Source: the human T2T-CHM13v2.0 reference genome, Homo sapiens. Taken from it: a DNA stretch of 64,000 bases. Location of the stretch: NCBI RefSeq assembly GCF_009914755.1, contig NC_060947.1. The stretch is one strand, 5' to 3'. This document shows, piece after piece, positions 60,820-64,000 of the stretch. Position numbers and translations under genes: made by a program. The notes beneath the pieces are model-generated. The model was not told the origin of the DNA and did no database searches. It saw only the letters and a list, made by a program, of their open reading frames with translations. Position 1 is the first letter of the stretch. Every line of letters starts with the position of its first letter.

Positions 60820-63244
60820 GTTTCCTTGTCTTGGCTATTGTGAATAATGCTGCAATGAACATGGGAGTGCAGGTATCTTTTCCAGAACCAAATTTCATTT
60901 CCTTTCAATATATGCCCAGAAGTGGGATGGCTGGATCATATGGTAGTTTTATTTGTAGTTTTTTTGAGGAATCTCCATACTGTTTTCCATAATGGCTGTG
61001 CTAATTCACATTCCCAACAACAGTGTGCAAGGGTCCCCTTTTCTCCACATCCTCTCCAACACTTGATATGTTTTGTCTTTTTAATAATAGCTATTCTAAC
61101 AAGTGTGAGGTGATATCTCATTGTGATTTTGATTTGCATTTTCCCCATAATTAGCGATGTTGAGCAACTTTTCATATTATCTGTTGGCCAGATATGTCTT
61201 ATTTGTATGTCTTCTTTAGAGAAATATCTATTCAGATCCTTTGCCCATTTTTATTCGGGTTTTTTTTCCATTATTTCGTTTTCATTATTGTATGAGTTCC
61301 TCATATATTTTGGATATTAACCACTTATTAGTTATATAGTTTGCACATATTTTCTCCCACTTCGTAAGTTTTGTTTTTGTTTTTATTTTTTTTACTTTGT
61401 TAATTGTTTGCTGTGTAGAAGCTTTTTAGCTTGATGTAATCTCACTTGTCCTTGATTTTGTTGCTTGAGCTCTTGGTGTCATTACAAAAAAGTCATTGGC
61501 AGGAGCAATATCAAGAAACTTCTCCTCTGTTTTCTTTTAATAGTTATAAGGTTTCAGGTCTTACATTTAAATATTTAACCACTTTGAACTGATTTTTGAA
61601 TGTGGTGTGAAATAAAAGCACAGTTTTATTATTCTGCACATAGATATCCAGTTTTCTTAACTCCATTTATTAAAGAGACTATCTTTTCCCCATTTTATTT
61701 TCTGGGCATCTTTGTTAAGCATCAGTTGACCATAAATGTGTGGATTTATTTCTGGGCTATTTTGTTCTATTGGTTTCTATGCCTGTTTTTATGCCATCGC
61801 CATACTGTTTTCATTGCTGTAGCTTTGTAATACATTATTTTGAAACCAGGAAGTATGATGCCTTCAGTTTTAATCTTCTTGCTCAAGATTGCTTCAGCTA
61901 TTTGGAGTCTTTGTGGTTCTATATGAATTTTAAGAATTTTTACATTTCTGTAAAGAATGCCATTAGGATTTAGATAGGGATTGCATTCAGTGTATAGATC
62001 ATAGATCATTTTGGGTAGTGTGAATATTTTAACAATACTAATTTTTCTAATCAATGAACACAGGACATCATTTCTTTCATCTGTATTTTCTTTTATTTTC
62101 CTAATCAATGTTTTAAATTTTCAGTGGAAAAATCTTTCATATTTTTAGCTAAATTTATTCCCTAGTATTTTATTCTTTTTATTGCTAGTGTAAATAGGAT
62201 TTTTTTCCTTGATTTCCTTTCTGGATAGTTTGTTGTCAGTAGATAGAAATGACAGTGATTTTTGTATGCTAATTTTGTATCTTGCAACTTTACTGAATTT
62301 GTTCATTATTCTAACAGTTTTTTTGTTGCCATTAGTGTTTTTTACACATATGATCATGTCATCTACAAACAGGGATAGTTTTACTTCTTCCTCTCTGATT
62401 TCAGTGCCTTTTATTTCTTGTCTTATTGCTCTGGCTAGGACTTCTTATACTGTGTTGAAGAGAAGTGGTAAGCATGGGTACCCTAGCTTTATATCAGATC
62501 TTAGCAGAAAAGCTTTCAGCTTTTCCCCATTGATTATGATATTAGCTGTGGAGTTTTCATATGTTGTCTTTATTATGTTGAAGTCAGTTCCTTCTATACC
62601 TATTTTGTTGAGAGGTTTTTCTTAAATCATGAATGGATGTTAAATTTTGTCATATGCTTTTTGTTTTTGCATCTATTGAGATGATCATGTAGTTTTATCT
62701 TAGAGTCTGTTAATGTGGTATATCACATTGATCGATATGTTGAATCATCCTTGAATCTAAGGGATAAATCCCCCTTGATCATTGTGTATAATCCTTTTAA
62801 TATGTTATTAAATTTAGTTTTCTGATATTTTGTGGAGGATTTTTGCATTGTCTGTAGTTTTCTTGTAGTGGCTTTGTCTAGCTTTGATATTGGAGTGATA
62901 TTGGCCTCATAAAGTTATTTCTGTTTTTTGAAAGGGTTTGAGAAGGATTGGTATTAATATTTCTTTGAATGTTTGGTAGAATTCACCTGTGAAGGCATCT
63001 GCTTCTGGGCTTTTCTGTTGTTGTTGGAAGGTTTTTGATTACTGATTGAATCTCCTTATTTGTTATTGGTCTTTTCAGGCTTTCTTTTTATTCTCAATTC
63101 CTTCTTGTTAGGTTGTAGGTATTCAAGAATTTATTTATGTTCTCTAGGTTATCTAGTTTTTTGACATATAATTCTTCATAATAGTCCTGTATGATCCTTT
63201 TATTTTTGAGGTTCCCATTGCAATGTCTCATTTTTTCATTTCTG
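60820..63244 (-). mobile_element. L1MA ORF2 (RT and C-terminal region), inverted 5' segment, ~2.4 kb, decayed
   Basis: Peptide remnants [15 protein letters not shown]...[52 protein letters not shown]. Confidence 0.92.
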
Positions 63245-63795
63245 GACAAATGGATAAAGAAATTGTGGTGTCTATATACAATTAGATATTATTCAGCCTT
63301 TAAAAAGAAGGAAACCCATTTTCAAAAACATAAATGAACCTAGAGGAAATTATGCTAAGGGAAATAAGCCAGATACTCATCATTGCTGAATGATCTCATT
63401 TATATGTGAGATCTAAAATAGGCAAACTTCTAGAACAAGAGAGTAGAATGTTGTTTGTCAGGGTTGGGGGGAAAGAGGAATTGGAGAGATGTTGTTCAAA
63501 GGGTACAATGTTTTAATTATGCAAGATTAATAATTTCTTGAGATGGGATCTAATGTACAGCAAGGTAACTACAATGAAAGATACTTGGAATTTGTTAAGA
63601 GGGTAGACCTTAAGTGCTCTCGCCACAAAAAGGAAAATAAAGAAAATGGTAACTATGTGAGGTGATGAATATGTTACTTAACTTGATTTTGGCAGTCATT
63701 TAAGAATGTATACATATATCAAAACATCAAGGTGAATACCTTAAATGTATACAATTTGTTTTTGTCGAGTATCCCTCAATAAAATGGAAAAAAAA
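63245..63795 (+). mobile_element. L1MA (approx. L1MA8/9-like) ORF2 tip and 3'UTR with AATAAA and short A tail
   Basis: AATGGATAAAGAAATTGTGG, GAGAGTAGAATG, GGTAACTATGTGAGGTGATG, CCCTCAATAAA. Confidence 0.9.
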
Positions 63796-63799
63796 TCCT

Positions 63800-64000
63800 A
63801 AACTATTCAGCGGCCTTGAATACATTTGTAGTGTTGTGCAACCATCACCTCTGTTTAGTACCAAGACATTCTTGTTACACCAATATCAAGCCCCACATGT
63901 ATTAAATGAGTCTTCATTTCCCTCTTGCTAGCCTCTGACAGCCATGAATCTGCTTTCCGTCTCTATGGTTTTACTTATTCTACATGTGTCATATAAATGG
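63800..64000 (-). mobile_element. Older L1MB-like 3' end; its terminal ~70 bp lie at ~60750-60818, split by the L1MA
   Basis: GTTGTGCAACCATCACC, AATCTGCTTTCCGTCTCTATGG.TTT.CTTATTCT...TCATATAAATGG; tip GTGAAATTCATATAACATACAATTGACCATTTAAAA at ~60766. Confidence 0.75.

Overview
Primate (human-like), AT-rich, repeat-dense non-coding DNA (intronic or intergenic). I can support no intact protein-coding gene; apart from the histone H3 ORF, the ORF track consists of Alu, L1 or LTR read-throughs, microsatellite artefacts and short random ORFs. The one gene-derived feature is a full-length processed pseudogene of H3F3A (histone H3.3) on the minus strand (~40500-41590), with poly(A), target-site duplication (TSD), a 1-codon deletion and a premature stop. 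The window also holds 14 Alus, three 5'-inverted (twin-primed) L1 insertions of different ages, several MaLR/ERV solo LTRs, hAT and Tigger MITEs, MIR/L2 relics and microsatellites. I found no evidence of a new biological system. The most notable observations concern retrotransposition mechanism: (i) one target site apparently used twice, by an Alu and then the H3.3 retrocopy, leaving three copies; (ii) an MLT1 > Alu > inverted-L1 nested stack; (iii) all three large L1s carry 5' inversions; (iv) a perfect direct repeat joined to a perfect inverted repeat near 51.0 kb; (v) a rearranged, CpG-rich 5'UTR on the pseudogene. Repeat subfamily names and L1 coordinates come from recalled consensus sequences and need RepeatMasker/Dfam confirmation.
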